Shown in pieces: positions 8,941 through 20,600 of a DNA stretch of 64,000 nt (the first letter of the stretch is position 1; the number at the start of each line of letters is the position of its first letter). The DNA is taken from contig CBDASK010000003.1 in NCBI GenBank assembly GCA_965199495.1, forward strand, positions 128,001 to 192,000. Direction: 5' to 3'. The notes beneath the pieces are model-generated. The model was given only the letters and a program-made list of their open reading frames with translations, was not told the DNA's origin and searched no databases. A program made the position numbers and the translations under genes. The stretch comes from Abditibacterium sp. (GTDB lineage Bacteria > Armatimonadota > Abditibacteriia > Abditibacteriales > Abditibacteriaceae).

Positions 8941-11900
8941 ATGTCCAAATCTTCGTTTTCGTCTTCGCGCAATTTGGCCCGTCGCGTGCGCGACGGGCGT
9001 TTGGGCGCGCTCGATGCACGGATTCCGCGCCGCCGTTTGAATCTCGGTAAGAAACGCGGCGCGCCCGGCAAAAACGCGGTGCGCGGTCTTGGGGCGGTCG
9101 CGTTGTTGGCGGTGGCTGGTCTGAGCGTGCGCGGATTGTTCGGGCAACGTTTGGACATCGCCAGCCAGATCGAACGCGCGGTGCGCGCCAAATATATTCC
9201 GCAACTCGAAAAACAGTTGGGCCAAAAAGTCGAAGTCGGCGAGTTTTCGACCGATTTGCTGGGCCGCTTGACGATTAGCGATGTCGTCATCGGGCGCAAC
9301 GCCAAACTGCCGACGGGCGCGCTGATTCGCGCCAAAAGTTTGACCATCGGCCTCGACATCATCGGTCTGGCGCTGGGCCGCGAGCAACCGCTCGATGCGG
9401 TCAACCGCGTGACGATTCAGTCGCCGCAGGTTTATGTCGAGCGTTTTCCCAACGGCAAATTCAACCTCGAATCGCTGTTACCGCCGCGCAAGCCGAACGC
9501 GCCCAAAACGGTGTGGACGGGCACGGTCATCGTCAACGACGGGCGCGCGTTTTACTTCGACCGCGCCTTGAAATCGCATTCGGGGCGCGGGTTCAAAGCC
9601 GACCTGACTGGCATCGAAGCGACAGTCGAGGCGCGCGGCGACGATCCGTATCTCGCCAACGTCAAAATCGGCCAAACACTGTTGCCCGATGGCAGCATCG
9701 TGCGCGACGTGAGCGCGCAGGGCACGATAGGACTTCAGCCCAATCGCGGTTGGGTCAAAGCGAAATTCCCGCAAATCCCGGCGGCGATTTTGACCGATTT
9801 CGGCTTGCCCAAAGGCGAGGCCGTCGCGCAAAGCGGCGGCGTGAGCGGCGAAGTTCAAGTCGCCATTGACGGCAAAAATTTCACGCCGCGCGGCAATTTG
9901 CAATTGAGTAATATCAATCTCGTCAGCGACGCCGCGCGCGAACCGCTGGGCGGCGTTGTCAAAGCCGGGCCGCCGATTCGCGTGCAAAATTTGAACGGGC
10001 CGCTGCGATTCTCCAATCGCGCCATCGAAACCGGCGCATTGTCGGCGCGCGTTTTAGATGTGCCGTGGACAGTGCGCGGTTCGGCCTCAATTGAAAAAGA
10101 CGAGACACCGCTTTTTGACTTTCAAATCGCCACGCCCAACTTGCCAGTGAATCGCCTAAAAAGCTGGGCCAAACCCGGCGCGGTTCCGGTCAACTGGCGC
10201 AGCGGCAACGTCGGTTTGAGCGCGCATCTGAGCGGTTCGCCCGATGACGCGCGCATTAGCGGCGCCATCGAAGCGCGCGATGTGCGCGTGCAATCCACGA
10301 ATGAAGGCGCGCTGAAAAACATCGGCTTCGATGCAGCCACGCCGAGTCTGCGCGCGACGTTTGTGGCGCTGGCGCGCAAGGGCGAGCCGGTAAAATTCGC
10401 CGCGCGCGCCCAATCGCCGCGCTTGCAAGGCGCGGGCAATGCCGCTGGACAAAGCGGTTCGGGCGTTTTGTCGAATCTCGAAATCACCGCGCGCGGCGGC
10501 GGCGGGCCGAATTCGCCGCTCGAAATCAGCGCGCGCGCTGCGACATGGAACGCATCTTCGCCGCGTTATGGCGCGACGAATGGGCGCGCTTTAAACGTCG
10601 TGGCTTCGACCAAAGCGATTGGCGCTCCGGCATTTCAGGGCAAATTAACCGTCGCCGACGCCGATTTGAACGGCGTTAATCTCAACGCCATCGCGCCCGA
10701 CGCGGCGCGTTTGGTGCGCGAAGTCGGGCGCGCTTCGGCGAGCGTGACGTTTGCCGATGTGGGCCGCGACCTCAAAGCGGCGCGCGCGACGGCGGATGTG
10801 ACATTGTCGCGCGTCGCCATCGCGCCCGCCGCGCTGCCGGTCGAGTTTCGCGACAGCGTGCCCGCGTCGGCCCTCGCGTTCGATAATCTGCGCGCGCGCA
10901 TCGGCGTACGCGACGGCGTAATCGTGGTGCCAAACGCAACAGCGCGCGGCGGATTTGGCGGACTAAGGGCGACGAGCGCGGGCGGCGGTTTCGCCGTCGA
11001 ATTGCCCGACGTTCGATTAACGGCGGCGCAGATCAATCCGTTTTTGCGCGCGCGCGGTCTGGCGATTGGCGGCGATTGGCGCGGGCGCGTGGCTGTTGTT
11101 GGCGCCGGGCCGAAAACGTTCGATGCGACGTTTTCATTAAGTAGCAATTCGGTCACGGTGCGCGACCGCCGCGCTCAGGCGGCGGGCTTGCGTTTGGACG
11201 GGCCTTCGATTGTTGGGCGCGTCAACGTCCAGCCGGGCGGCGCTTACAAAGGCGAGGCGGTTGTCGCGGCGCGCGAAGTGACGGCGCGCGGTGGCTCGCT
11301 TGGGCCGGGCGTCGCGATTCCCGTTCAATTGGCTGGCGCGCGCGCGGTCGGGTTGCGCGTCAACGCTAACTTCGCTCCGCGCCAGTGGGCGGCGCGCGTG
11401 GACGTAACGCGCGCCGCCGTGCCAGTTCCGGGCGCGATTGCGACCGTGAACGATGCGAGCGGTTTGGCGCAAAGCGATGGCGATAACATTCGTTTGACGC
11501 GCTTGAACGCCAAATTCGCGGGCGGGCAATTCGACGGAACCGGCGAATTGAACAAGGGCAAAATTAGCGCGAAAGTTTTGGCGCGCGATGTCGAGGCGGG
11601 CGCGCTGCAACGCTTGTTGGCGGACAAAAGTCTGCGCGAGGCGCGGCTCAAAGGCCGGGTCAGCGCGTTGGTTTCGATTGAGAACGGCGGCGCTCCGCGC
11701 GTCGAGGCGCAGTTGGCGGGCGGCAGCGCGACGCTCGTGCGGTCAGGCGTCGTCGTGCCGATTGATGTCGCCAAAACGCGTTTGACCGTGACGGGCCAGA
11801 CCGCCACGATTCAAGGGGCGACGCTGTGGAGCGACGGCGCGCGTTTTAGCGCGACGGGTCAAGTGGATTTAGGGAGCATCGGCAAGAATAAAAACGGTTT

Positions 11901-14900
11901 GCCCGCCGCCAGCGGCACGTTGCGGGTGGACGCGTTGCGATTGGCGAATTGGACTGCACGCTTGCAGCAATTGGGCGTGGCTGGTCTCAACAATGCGGCT
12001 TTTAAGCAAGCGGCGTTGGATGGCATCGTGAGCGGCGATTTTCAGTTGCAGGGTGGAATTGCGCCGCGCGTCGAGGGCACCGTCGAACTGCGCGCGGGCA
12101 CAGCGTTTGGCGGCGAAATCCAGAGTTCGTCGGCGAAATTAGTCGCGGCGCAAAGCGGCGGCGGTTTGCGTTTGGCGGTTTCCGATTGGACGGGCCGCAT
12201 CGAAGGCGCGCCGTTTGAGGGCGCCCTGGCGCTCGATACCGTGGGCAATACGTGGAACGTGAGTTTAAAAACCGACGATTTAGACGCGGGACGCGCCGCG
12301 CGATTGCGGGCTTTGAGCGCGCGAAGCGGCGAGAACGCCAAAATCAAACTGTTGCCCATCGAAGGCGATTTGAGCGCTGACATCAATGTTGCGGGCGTGT
12401 TGAAACCGGTGGCCAAAGGCGACCAACCGTTTTTCGTGCCGCGCTCCGGTTACGCGCGTTTGGTGGCCAATAATGTCGCGTGGCGCGGGCGTCCGGTTGG
12501 GACGTTGCGAGCTAATTTGGAAGTGGACGGGCAATTGGCGCGCATTCAGACTTTGGAATTGGAGCCGACCAAAAGCGGTCTCAACAATGCAGCCACGCCG
12601 CGCCTGAGCGCGTCGGGCACGATTCCCCTGGCGCCCGATGCGCCCGGTTTGAACGTGAATTTGGAAGTCGGCGAGGCGCCGCTGCAATTCTTCGCCGACG
12701 CCACGCGCGACGCGCGCGATGCGCTGTTGGATACGGGCATCCAACAAACGGCTTTGGATCAAGTCGTGAGATACGCCGACGCGTTGCCCGTTGGCACACG
12801 CGGCAACGTCGCGATGCGCGCTTCGATTGGCGGCACTTTGCGCCGCCCGACTTTCACTGTGCCTTCGCTGACTTTGCGCGATGGACGCGCGCCGTTGCCC
12901 TACGGCGGTTTCAGCCCGCCCGCGACTTTGGATGCCGCGTTTTCCTATGGCAACGGCATCGCGACGATCAGCCAGGGCGAGTTTCGGTTGCAAAAAACCG
13001 CCGCCGAACGCGCCGACGATGCCGACGCCGACGATACGCTGCTGCGCATCGAGCCGGGCGCGACGGTTGATATTAACGGAGACATCGCACTGGCGGCGGA
13101 TGTTTTCAACGCCAACTTGTCGCAGTTGGCGACATGGGTGCCCGCGCTGCGTGGCGACAACAACGCGCCCGCGATTCGCGGCGAGTTGACCGAATTTTCG
13201 CTGCGATTAAGCGGCCAGACGCGCAATCCCGATGTCGTCGGCTCGATTCAGACCGAGAACTTGTTGTATAAAAACTATACAATTGACCGTTTGCGATTGT
13301 CACGATTCGACATCCGCGACGGTAAATTGGAAATCGCGCCCGGCAACTTCACCGTCGCCAAGGGCGCCTATCAATCGTCGGCGGCTTCGGGCGTCATCGG
13401 CTGGGATTGGGCGAGCGGCGGGCCTTTGTTAAATGGGCCGATTAACGTGAATTTTCCGGTTCAGACCGGCGATTTCGCGGCGTTGGCGGGATTGTTCGTG
13501 CCGCAATTGACGCAGGTCGCCGCCGACGATTTTTCGGGCGGCGTGCAGGTCGTCGGCACGCTGGCTAACCCGAAGTTGAGCGGAAGCGTTACGCTCAAAG
13601 ACGCGCGTTTTAGTCTGGCCGGGCCGCAAATGACTGTGCCCGTCGGCATGAAAAACGTGAGCGGCACGCTGCGATTTACGCCCGACGAGCGCATCGAAAT
13701 TGACGCCGATGATCCGTTGCGCGGCAGTTTTGTCAGCGCGGCTTCGATCCAAGCGCCCTCAACCGAAAAGCCGCAACCCAAAAGCAAAAAGAAGGCGAAA
13801 ATCGCCGGGCCGCCGCCGTTTGTTTTGGCGGGCGACTGGAAACTGCGCGGCGGCATCGGACTGGATTTGAGCGCCGATTCGATCAGTAATCCGGCGCGCG
13901 CCCTTGGGCGTCAGAAATACGATCTGGCGTTTTCCCTCGATAACGCCAGCATCGGTTCGCCGATGTTGGCGGGCGCGCGCGATGGCGATGCGGCAATTTT
14001 ATTCAAAACCGGCGACGACGGCGCGCAGCACTTGCGGTGGATGGTCGCCGCGCGTGGCCGCCGCAAGGACAAACAGAGCAAAGGCGGTGGCGAAATGGTT
14101 TCGATTGGCTCGTTTCAATTGCGCGACGACTTCGCGAGCGGAACGGATGCGCTCCTGCGTTCGACGGCGCAGGATTTCGGAACGACGGACGATTTCCAGG
14201 ATTTCGCCGTCGCCAAACGCATTAATTTGGAATCGCTGCCCGACCGGCGCCCGCAGATCAAGATCAATAATTTCGAGTGGAGTTACACCGGCGTCGGCAG
14301 TGGCGAAGTGGACGGGCGTCTGGTTTTGGACAACCGCGACGCGATTCAACAGGCGCCCAAAGCCGCCGTCGAACTGCGCAACGCCAAAGCTAAAACGCCT
14401 TCGTTGCAGGACGATTTAAAAAATCGCCGCACTTCGCAGCTGCCGTCGCCACTGCCCACGCGCATTCTCAGCGCGGCGCAATTGCGCCCGATCCAAATCG
14501 AAGCGCCCAACGCCAATCCCGATTTGCCGCTACGCGTGGGCGGGCAAATCACGTTGCAAAACACCACAATCGTCGGCGCGCCCGCGAGCGGCGATGGCGT
14601 GGTGACGCGGCTTTCGCTGTTTCCCAGCGCGCCGCGATTCGATGTGCGCTTGATTCTGGGCGATAAAGTCGAGTTCGTCACTTCAGCGTTTCGCACCGGT
14701 TTGGAGGGCGAACTGGTCGCTTCGGGCGTGCCGAGTAATCCGCAGATTTTGGGCACGGTGCAGACGCGCAACGGGCAGGTGCGCTTTCCCAACGCGCGCG
14801 CCCGCGTGACGCAGGGCCGCGTCACGGTCGCCATCACGCGCGATCCCTCGACTGATTTGTTGCGCACGCGCGTGGACATTGACGCCACAGCCACGGGCCG

Positions 14901-15435
14901 CGCCGGGCGCTATCTGATTACACTCGGATTAAGTGGCCCGCTCGATTTGGACGGCGCCGGACAGAACCTGCAAAACCTGCGCGTGGACGTAACTTCCGAT
15001 CCGCCCTTATCGCAAAACGAAGCGTTCGCGCAATTGCTTGGCACGGCGCCGCGCACTGATGCCAACGGCAACGTCACCGCCGCCGAAATGAATCAGGCGT
15101 ATGCGGGCGCGGTTTTGCAGGTGTTGTCAGCGCCGCTCTTTTCGGGCGTCGAACGTTCGGTCGCGCAGGCGCTGGGACTCGATAGCGTGAGCTTTGAATA
15201 TCGCTTCGATGAACCGCTCTCGGTTCAGTTTTCCAAGTCGCTGACCGACCGCGTTTTCGTGAGTTATCGCCGCTCGTTTGGCGCTTCGGAAAATACCAGC
15301 GGCGGCCTCAGTTCGGGCCGCACGCCGTTTGAACTCAGCATCGAATATCTGCTCAAAGGCAATTTGCGCTTGGGCCTCAAAACCGACGAAAGCCGCGTCA
15401 CCACGCTCACGCTGGGCCAAACCTACCGGTTTTAG
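8941..15435 (+). CDS. Large TamB/AsmA-like protein (DUF490 C-terminus)
   Basis: N-terminal TM anchor, long beta-rich body, C-terminal 'LRVDVTSDPPLSQNE...SIEYLL...LGQTYRF'; start uncertain (ORF opens at 8743). Confidence 0.85.
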   Translation: MSKSSFSSSRNLARRVRDGRLGALDARIPRRRLNLGKKRGAPGKNAVRGLGAVALLAVAGLSVRGLFGQRLDIASQIERAVRAKYIPQLEKQLGQKVEVGEFSTDLLGRLTISDVVIGRNAKLPTGALIRAKSLTIGLDIIGLALGREQPLDAVNRVTIQSPQVYVERFPNGKFNLESLLPPRKPNAPKTVWTGTVIVNDGRAFYFDRALKSHSGRGFKADLTGIEATVEARGDDPYLANVKIGQTLLPDGSIVRDVSAQGTIGLQPNRGWVKAKFPQIPAAILTDFGLPKGEAVAQSGGVSGEVQVAIDGKNFTPRGNLQLSNINLVSDAAREPLGGVVKAGPPIRVQNLNGPLRFSNRAIETGALSARVLDVPWTVRGSASIEKDETPLFDFQIATPNLPVNRLKSWAKPGAVPVNWRSGNVGLSAHLSGSPDDARISGAIEARDVRVQSTNEGALKNIGFDAATPSLRATFVALARKGEPVKFAARAQSPRLQGAGNAAGQSGSGVLSNLEITARGGGGPNSPLEISARAATWNASSPRYGATNGRALNVVASTKAIGAPAFQGKLTVADADLNGVNLNAIAPDAARLVREVGRASASVTFADVGRDLKAARATADVTLSRVAIAPAALPVEFRDSVPASALAFDNLRARIGVRDGVIVVPNATARGGFGGLRATSAGGGFAVELPDVRLTAAQINPFLRARGLAIGGDWRGRVAVVGAGPKTFDATFSLSSNSVTVRDRRAQAAGLRLDGPSIVGRVNVQPGGAYKGEAVVAAREVTARGGSLGPGVAIPVQLAGARAVGLRVNANFAPRQWAARVDVTRAAVPVPGAIATVNDASGLAQSDGDNIRLTRLNAKFAGGQFDGTGELNKGKISAKVLARDVEAGALQRLLADKSLREARLKGRVSALVSIENGGAPRVEAQLAGGSATLVRSGVVVPIDVAKTRLTVTGQTATIQGATLWSDGARFSATGQVDLGSIGKNKNGLPAASGTLRVDALRLANWTARLQQLGVAGLNNAAFKQAALDGIVSGDFQLQGGIAPRVEGTVELRAGTAFGGEIQSSSAKLVAAQSGGGLRLAVSDWTGRIEGAPFEGALALDTVGNTWNVSLKTDDLDAGRAARLRALSARSGENAKIKLLPIEGDLSADINVAGVLKPVAKGDQPFFVPRSGYARLVANNVAWRGRPVGTLRANLEVDGQLARIQTLELEPTKSGLNNAATPRLSASGTIPLAPDAPGLNVNLEVGEAPLQFFADATRDARDALLDTGIQQTALDQVVRYADALPVGTRGNVAMRASIGGTLRRPTFTVPSLTLRDGRAPLPYGGFSPPATLDAAFSYGNGIATISQGEFRLQKTAAERADDADADDTLLRIEPGATVDINGDIALAADVFNANLSQLATWVPALRGDNNAPAIRGELTEFSLRLSGQTRNPDVVGSIQTENLLYKNYTIDRLRLSRFDIRDGKLEIAPGNFTVAKGAYQSSAASGVIGWDWASGGPLLNGPINVNFPVQTGDFAALAGLFVPQLTQVAADDFSGGVQVVGTLANPKLSGSVTLKDARFSLAGPQMTVPVGMKNVSGTLRFTPDERIEIDADDPLRGSFVSAASIQAPSTEKPQPKSKKKAKIAGPPPFVLAGDWKLRGGIGLDLSADSISNPARALGRQKYDLAFSLDNASIGSPMLAGARDGDAAILFKTGDDGAQHLRWMVAARGRRKDKQSKGGGEMVSIGSFQLRDDFASGTDALLRSTAQDFGTTDDFQDFAVAKRINLESLPDRRPQIKINNFEWSYTGVGSGEVDGRLVLDNRDAIQQAPKAAVELRNAKAKTPSLQDDLKNRRTSQLPSPLPTRILSAAQLRPIQIEAPNANPDLPLRVGGQITLQNTTIVGAPASGDGVVTRLSLFPSAPRFDVRLILGDKVEFVTSAFRTGLEGELVASGVPSNPQILGTVQTRNGQVRFPNARARVTQGRVTVAITRDPSTDLLRTRVDIDATATGRAGRYLITLGLSGPLDLDGAGQNLQNLRVDVTSDPPLSQNEAFAQLLGTAPRTDANGNVTAAEMNQAYAGAVLQVLSAPLFSGVERSVAQALGLDSVSFEYRFDEPLSVQFSKSLTDRVFVSYRRSFGASENTSGGLSSGRTPFELSIEYLLKGNLRLGLKTDESRVTTLTLGQTYRF

Positions 15436-15451
15436 CGCGCAAAAACTGCGC

Positions 15452-16519
15452 TTATTCCATGATTTCGCCGCCGTCGGTGACGCGGATATACAAATCGCCG
15501 CTTTCGCTTTTGCGGTCGCCTTTGATGATGAACTCGCGCTTGCTTTCCATGATTTTCGTCAGGTCAATGGATTGGCTGGCGTTCCACATCATATCCGGGG
15601 CCGAGGCTTTATCTTGATCAGAAATCGAGCCGCTGACCTGACAATAATGGAAGTTGGGATCGTCATAACGCAGACTCAGCGTCAGGCTTTTCAAGTCAAA
15701 AGAGTTGCCCGCGTTCGCCGATTTATTGTCCAGCGAAAGCACGCTGTTTTTGCCAATCGAAACGTATCCGTTCATCTCGACGCTATTATCGGCGTTGCCA
15801 AAGATGCCGCCGACGCCATCTTCCGAGTTGGTCACCAGAAAGCGGCCCGTCACGATAAAAGTGCGACCAACAGCTTTTTTCGCCGGTTTAATTTTAATCG
15901 GCGTCATGATAATAATCGGCGGTTTTTTGTCCTTATCTTCTTTTTTCTGAGGAATTGGAAAAGTTTGGCCACCCGGTTTGCGATCGGGATCGGGGCGTTT
16001 GAGCGTGTTTTCCAGCGTCGCTGTCAATAGCCAATCGGCGCCGTTCCAGTTGATTTTGGCGGTCAACGCATCCGGCGTGGCTGTGGAATCGAAGGCTTTG
16101 AGCGACGCATAATTGAGCGGTTTATCATCAATGAGCCACTGCAACCCCACGCGATTGGCGCGCGAAACATTGAACAAAAGTTGGTTTTTGCCGGGCTTGG
16201 CTTTGGTCGCGTCATCGAAAGTTAAGTTGAAAGTGCCCTGCAATAAATCGCCTTCCATGCGCACGAGACCCCGCCCAATCAAAACTCTGGGCAAACCGTT
16301 GGTTTTGCCGATGGCCGTCAGCGTGACAGTCGCCGTCGTGGTTTTGAAGGGATTTGGTTTTTCCTGAAAACTAAATGCCGCTTCCACGGCAGTTGGCGCG
16401 GTGGATTGCGCTGGTTCGCTCGGTGCGACATCCGCCAGAGCGAGGGGCATGAGCAAAAGTGAAGGCGCAATCAGAGCGCAAAGGATGCCGATTTTCGTTG
16501 GACTTTGAGGGTTGAACAT
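15452..16519 (-). CDS. Secreted hypothetical protein (C-terminal C2-like acidic loop)
   Basis: GAGG RBS, ATG at 16519, signal peptide ending ALA-D; 'SISDQDKASAPD' motif. Confidence 0.7.
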   Translation of the reverse strand: MFNPQSPTKIGILCALIAPSLLLMPLALADVAPSEPAQSTAPTAVEAAFSFQEKPNPFKTTTATVTLTAIGKTNGLPRVLIGRGLVRMEGDLLQGTFNLTFDDATKAKPGKNQLLFNVSRANRVGLQWLIDDKPLNYASLKAFDSTATPDALTAKINWNGADWLLTATLENTLKRPDPDRKPGGQTFPIPQKKEDKDKKPPIIIMTPIKIKPAKKAVGRTFIVTGRFLVTNSEDGVGGIFGNADNSVEMNGYVSIGKNSVLSLDNKSANAGNSFDLKSLTLSLRYDDPNFHYCQVSGSISDQDKASAPDMMWNASQSIDLTKIMESKREFIIKGDRKSESGDLYIRVTDGGEIME

Positions 16520-16530
16520 GGGTTTTTCCT

Positions 16531-17397
16531 CTATCGAGTTTGGGCGGGCGCCGTTTTTTTGATGGCCGACGGAGCAGCCACCGGGCCGGGGCCGACGGGT
16601 TTGCCGGGCAACTTCTTGTCGATGATTTTCGGCTCTATAACCGGCGGGCGTCGTGATTCCGTGCCGTAAATCGTTTTGACGTGCTGGACAAACAAATAAA
16701 GATTGGTGCCGACTTTGTTGCCGCCTTCGTCGGTGCCGCTCCAAAACCAATAATAGTGACCGTCATGGGCGCCCAACTTGTCCAAATTCAGGTCAATTTT
16801 GTAATCGCCAATCAGATCGTCTTTCTTATCGGCTTGATTGCGGCGGGGATTGTTGACGCGAACGTCGTCGGAATCGGGATCATCTTTATCGGTCAGTTTC
16901 AACGTAATGTGCGCGATGGATTGCGTATCGGTGTTGAAAACAATTGGATGCTCGTCCATGAAAACCGTCGGCGATTCGTTGAGCGAAAAGCCCTGTTTGC
17001 GCGGGTCAACTTCCAGCGGTTTGGGCAAATCGAGATGGCGAATCCGAAATTGATGAGCGAATTGGCGCTCCGATTTCCATTGCGATTGGCCGTTGATTTT
17101 CAATTCGCCATACGCCTCGAACGCGTGATCGTCGCTGGCGGCATCGCCGGGAAAAATCGGATCGTTGCAGTCGCTCGCGCTCACGCAAAACCATAGGTTG
17201 AACTGTTCGCCCACGACGATCTGTTTCGGTTTTTCGATGTTCGGCTTTGTAATATCGCCCGCTTTAACGGGCGACTTAATTTTGATTTGCGCCGTCTCCG
17301 CTTTCTTATCGGGTTTGGCTGAGGCGTGCGGCGCGCCTATAAAAATGGCGGGCGCGATGAGCAAAAATGCGCATCGAAACGTTCGATTGGTGTGCAT
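16531..17397 (-). CDS. Secreted hypothetical protein (C2-like)
   Basis: GAGGAGG RBS, ATG at 17397, signal peptide ending ASA-K; 'LTDKDDPDSDD...KDDLIG' motif. Confidence 0.7.
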   Translation of the reverse strand: MHTNRTFRCAFLLIAPAIFIGAPHASAKPDKKAETAQIKIKSPVKAGDITKPNIEKPKQIVVGEQFNLWFCVSASDCNDPIFPGDAASDDHAFEAYGELKINGQSQWKSERQFAHQFRIRHLDLPKPLEVDPRKQGFSLNESPTVFMDEHPIVFNTDTQSIAHITLKLTDKDDPDSDDVRVNNPRRNQADKKDDLIGDYKIDLNLDKLGAHDGHYYWFWSGTDEGGNKVGTNLYLFVQHVKTIYGTESRRPPVIEPKIIDKKLPGKPVGPGPVAAPSAIKKTAPAQTR

Positions 17398-17545
17398 GGT
17401 TTCCCTCCTCATTGCCAGTCTTGGGAGTGAACAATGGGCAATGACAAAACTTCCGCGCTCTCCTTCGCGTTGTTTGGTCATTGCCCAACGCTCTCCAGCC
17501 ATTGCGGCAGGCGGTAACAAAGCCGCTTGCGCCTTGGCATACTTC

Positions 17546-17577
17546 AGGTTAGACCTCTACCGTCACAGCAGCGTCAC
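17546..17577 (-). promoter_or_regulatory. Candidate SARP/AfsR-type binding box plus -10 element
   Basis: Minus strand GTGACG-N5-GTGACG (11-bp period), 9 nt, then TAACCT; lies between the SARP regulator and its divergent operon. Confidence 0.5.
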
Positions 17578-17627
17578 GGGACGATTTTTTTGTTGAGCGC
17601 GAAAATGCACAAACGGAGGCATTCGAG

Positions 17628-20600
17628 ATGAAACCCACCCGCATTTTTCTATTTGGAGGACTAAAATTTCAGAGCGGCCCAGACATTACCACGCGTTTTC
17701 GCACCCAAAAAACGGCGACTTTACTGGCTTATCTGGCGCTGCATCCCGGCCCGCAACCGCGCGAAATTTTGGCCGACTTGCTCTGGCCCGACGACGCGCC
17801 CGAAGCGGCGCGTCACAGTTTGCGCATGGCGCTTTCGTCGTTGCGCACTCAACTGGAAAAGCCCGATCAGCCGCCGCTTTTTGAGTCCAACCGTTTCGCC
17901 CTTGGCTTGCGCGCCGATGCCATTTCGACCGATATCGCCGAATTTCATGAGGCCATCAAAAACGCCCGCCGCGCCTTCGATCTTAACCAGCGCGCGCTTC
18001 ATTATGGCGCCGCCGTCGCGTTGGCCAGCGAGCCGTTTTTGCCCGGTTTTTATGACGATTGGTGCGTCGAAGAAGCCGGTCGCATCGAAAACGCGTTGGG
18101 GCTGGCGCAGCAATTTCTGGAAAAAGTAACGCGGCGAGAAATCGCGCCGCCAACTCCCGCGCCGCCCGGCCCAACGAAAATCGCGTTTAGAGTCAACGAC
18201 GCTCCCCTCGCCACGATTTTGGTTTGCGATGGAGCGGACATCACGCGCGCGCAAAAAATTCGGGTTAAAGCGGCAGGCGGCACCCGTTTTTCAACCGATG
18301 ACGCGGCGCTTTGCGCGTGGTATTTCGCCAATCCGCGCACGGCGCTGCAATGCGCGCTGACTTTGAACAACGCGGCGCTCCGCATGGCGCTTTGCACTGG
18401 CGAAATGAGTTCGCATTCTCAAAGCGACTTGTGGAAGCGCGCGCGGGGCTTGCTCGAAAGCGCGCATATCGGTCAGACGGTTTGCTGCGAGGCCACGGCT
18501 TTGTTCCAGCGCGGCCACGAGGACGCGTGGTGTCGCGATCTGGGCCTGTTTCATCTGCCCGGCGCCCGGCCCGGCGCGGCGCCCGAACGCGTATTTCAAC
18601 TGTCGGAAGCAACAGCCACGCCGCCGGTGTTCGCGCCGCTCCAAGCGCGCGCGGCTCGTGGCGCGAGCGTGCCGCGCCCGCTCGATGGATTTTTCGGGCG
18701 CGCGCACGAGTTAGCCGAACTGCGCACGCGCGTTGCGCGCGACCGACTGACGACGCTTTTGGGCGCGGGCGGCGCGGGCAAAACGCGGGTGGCGTTGCAG
18801 TTGGCGGCGACAATTGAAATTGAGCGTGTCGCGCCGTTTTATGGCGCGGTTTTCTGGGTCGCGCTCGCCGACGTGCCCGATGCCAAAGGCATCGCTTCGG
18901 CGCTTTGCCATGCGCTCCATCTCGAACATTCGAGCCAAAGCGAGGCGCTTGATATCGCGATTGCGGCGCTCAATCTGGCTCCGGCGACGTTGTTGGTCAT
19001 GGACAATTTCGAGCATTTGGTCGAGGGCGGCGCCGCGCTCATCGAAGAGCTTTTGCAGCGCGCGCCCAACGTTCATGCCCTCGTGACTTCGCGCCGTCTG
19101 TTGGGCGTGCGCGGCGAAACCGAGTGCGAACTCGCGCCCCTGCAAGTTCCCCAGAACGACTCAATTTCGCTTGAACGCTTAAACGACGAACCGAGCGTGC
19201 AACTGTTTTGCGACCGCGCGCGCGGCGCGCGGCCCGATTTCGCGCTTACCACGCGCAACGCCGGGATTGTCGTGGCATTGTGTCGCCAGTTGGAAGGCAT
19301 TCCGCTCGCGCTCGAATTGGCGGCGGCGCGCGTGGGACATCTCTCGCCCGCGCGCATTTTGGGGCATCTGCAAGCCCGCGCGCAAGACGACGAAACGCCC
19401 GCGTTCGAGAATCTCGATTTTCTGCACAACCCCGCGCGTAACGCGGCGGCGCGCCATCGCACGCTGCGCACGGCCTTGAGTTGGAGCGCCAGCGAACTGA
19501 CTCCGGCACATCAAAAACTGTTGGCGCGCCTGTGCGTTTTTCGTGGCGGCTGCACGGCGCCCGCCGCAAGCCACGTTTGTCGGGCGCACGATGCCAGTCA
19601 TCAGTTGGAAGAGTTGCGCGCGCGTTCGCTGCTGGTGCGCACTTATTACGAGGACGAGCCGCGCTATGCGATGTTGGAAACCGTGCGCCAATACGCGCAG
19701 GAATTGGCCGCAGGTCACGGCGAAATCGAAGAATTACGGCGCCGTCACGCCCACTATTTTTTGGGTTGGGCGCGCACCGAAGCGCCCATCGCCGTGGCGC
19801 CCGACGCGCAGGCGCGCGTGCGAAGTTGGGGGCGCGTGCGCGCCAACGCCGACAATTTGCGCGCCGCCTTGCGTTGGTCGCGCCAACACGAACCCGCGAC
19901 GGCGATTCAACTGATCTTGGCCTGTCACGATTTCAGCGGCTCGCATCTTTCGCGCGACGAACTCGACATCGCGGCGCCATTGAAAATTGTCGAAGCGCAA
20001 GCCATTGAAGCGCAAAATATCGAGCGCGGAATTTGGGCCGAAGCGCTCAAGTTGGCTTCGGTGCAAGCGGCGCATCACGGTGATATTGAAGCGCAAAACG
20101 ACTTCGCGTTGCGCCATCTCGAATGGATTCGCGACGAACCAAACGTGAGTTCGCAAGCTCTGGGCTGGGCCTATTTTCATTGGGGCAGCGCGCGTCATCG
20201 CAGTGGCCACACTATAATCGCGCGCGCGGCGCTGCAACAGAGCCTCGAACTTTTCGCGCAATTGGAGCCGCCGCATTGCCACCAATGTCGCGGGTGGACG
20301 CTGATAGAAATGGGAAACACGGCTTTCGACGCGGGCGATTTAGGCGCCGCCACCGCCGACTTCGAGCAGTGCGATTTGGCGTTCGGTCAGAGCGGCGACC
20401 GCGACGGCCAAGCGTCGGCGCGCGCGCAATTGGCCGATGTCTGTTTTCATAGCGGCGACCATGCGCGCGCCGCGCAGTTGTGGCCGCAAGTCGCCGCGAT
20501 TATGGCCGAACTGGGCGACGAACGCGAACACGAATGGCGCCTTCACGGGCGCGGCAAGCACGCCGTGGCTGTTGGCGAGCTGGACGAAGGTCACGAACTG

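Noticed and set aside
8757..15420. Numerous antisense and alternate-frame ORFs inside the TamB-like, SARP, metH and other long genes
   Set aside because: Expected shadow ORFs in GC-rich coding DNA, with no recognisable motifs or RBS.
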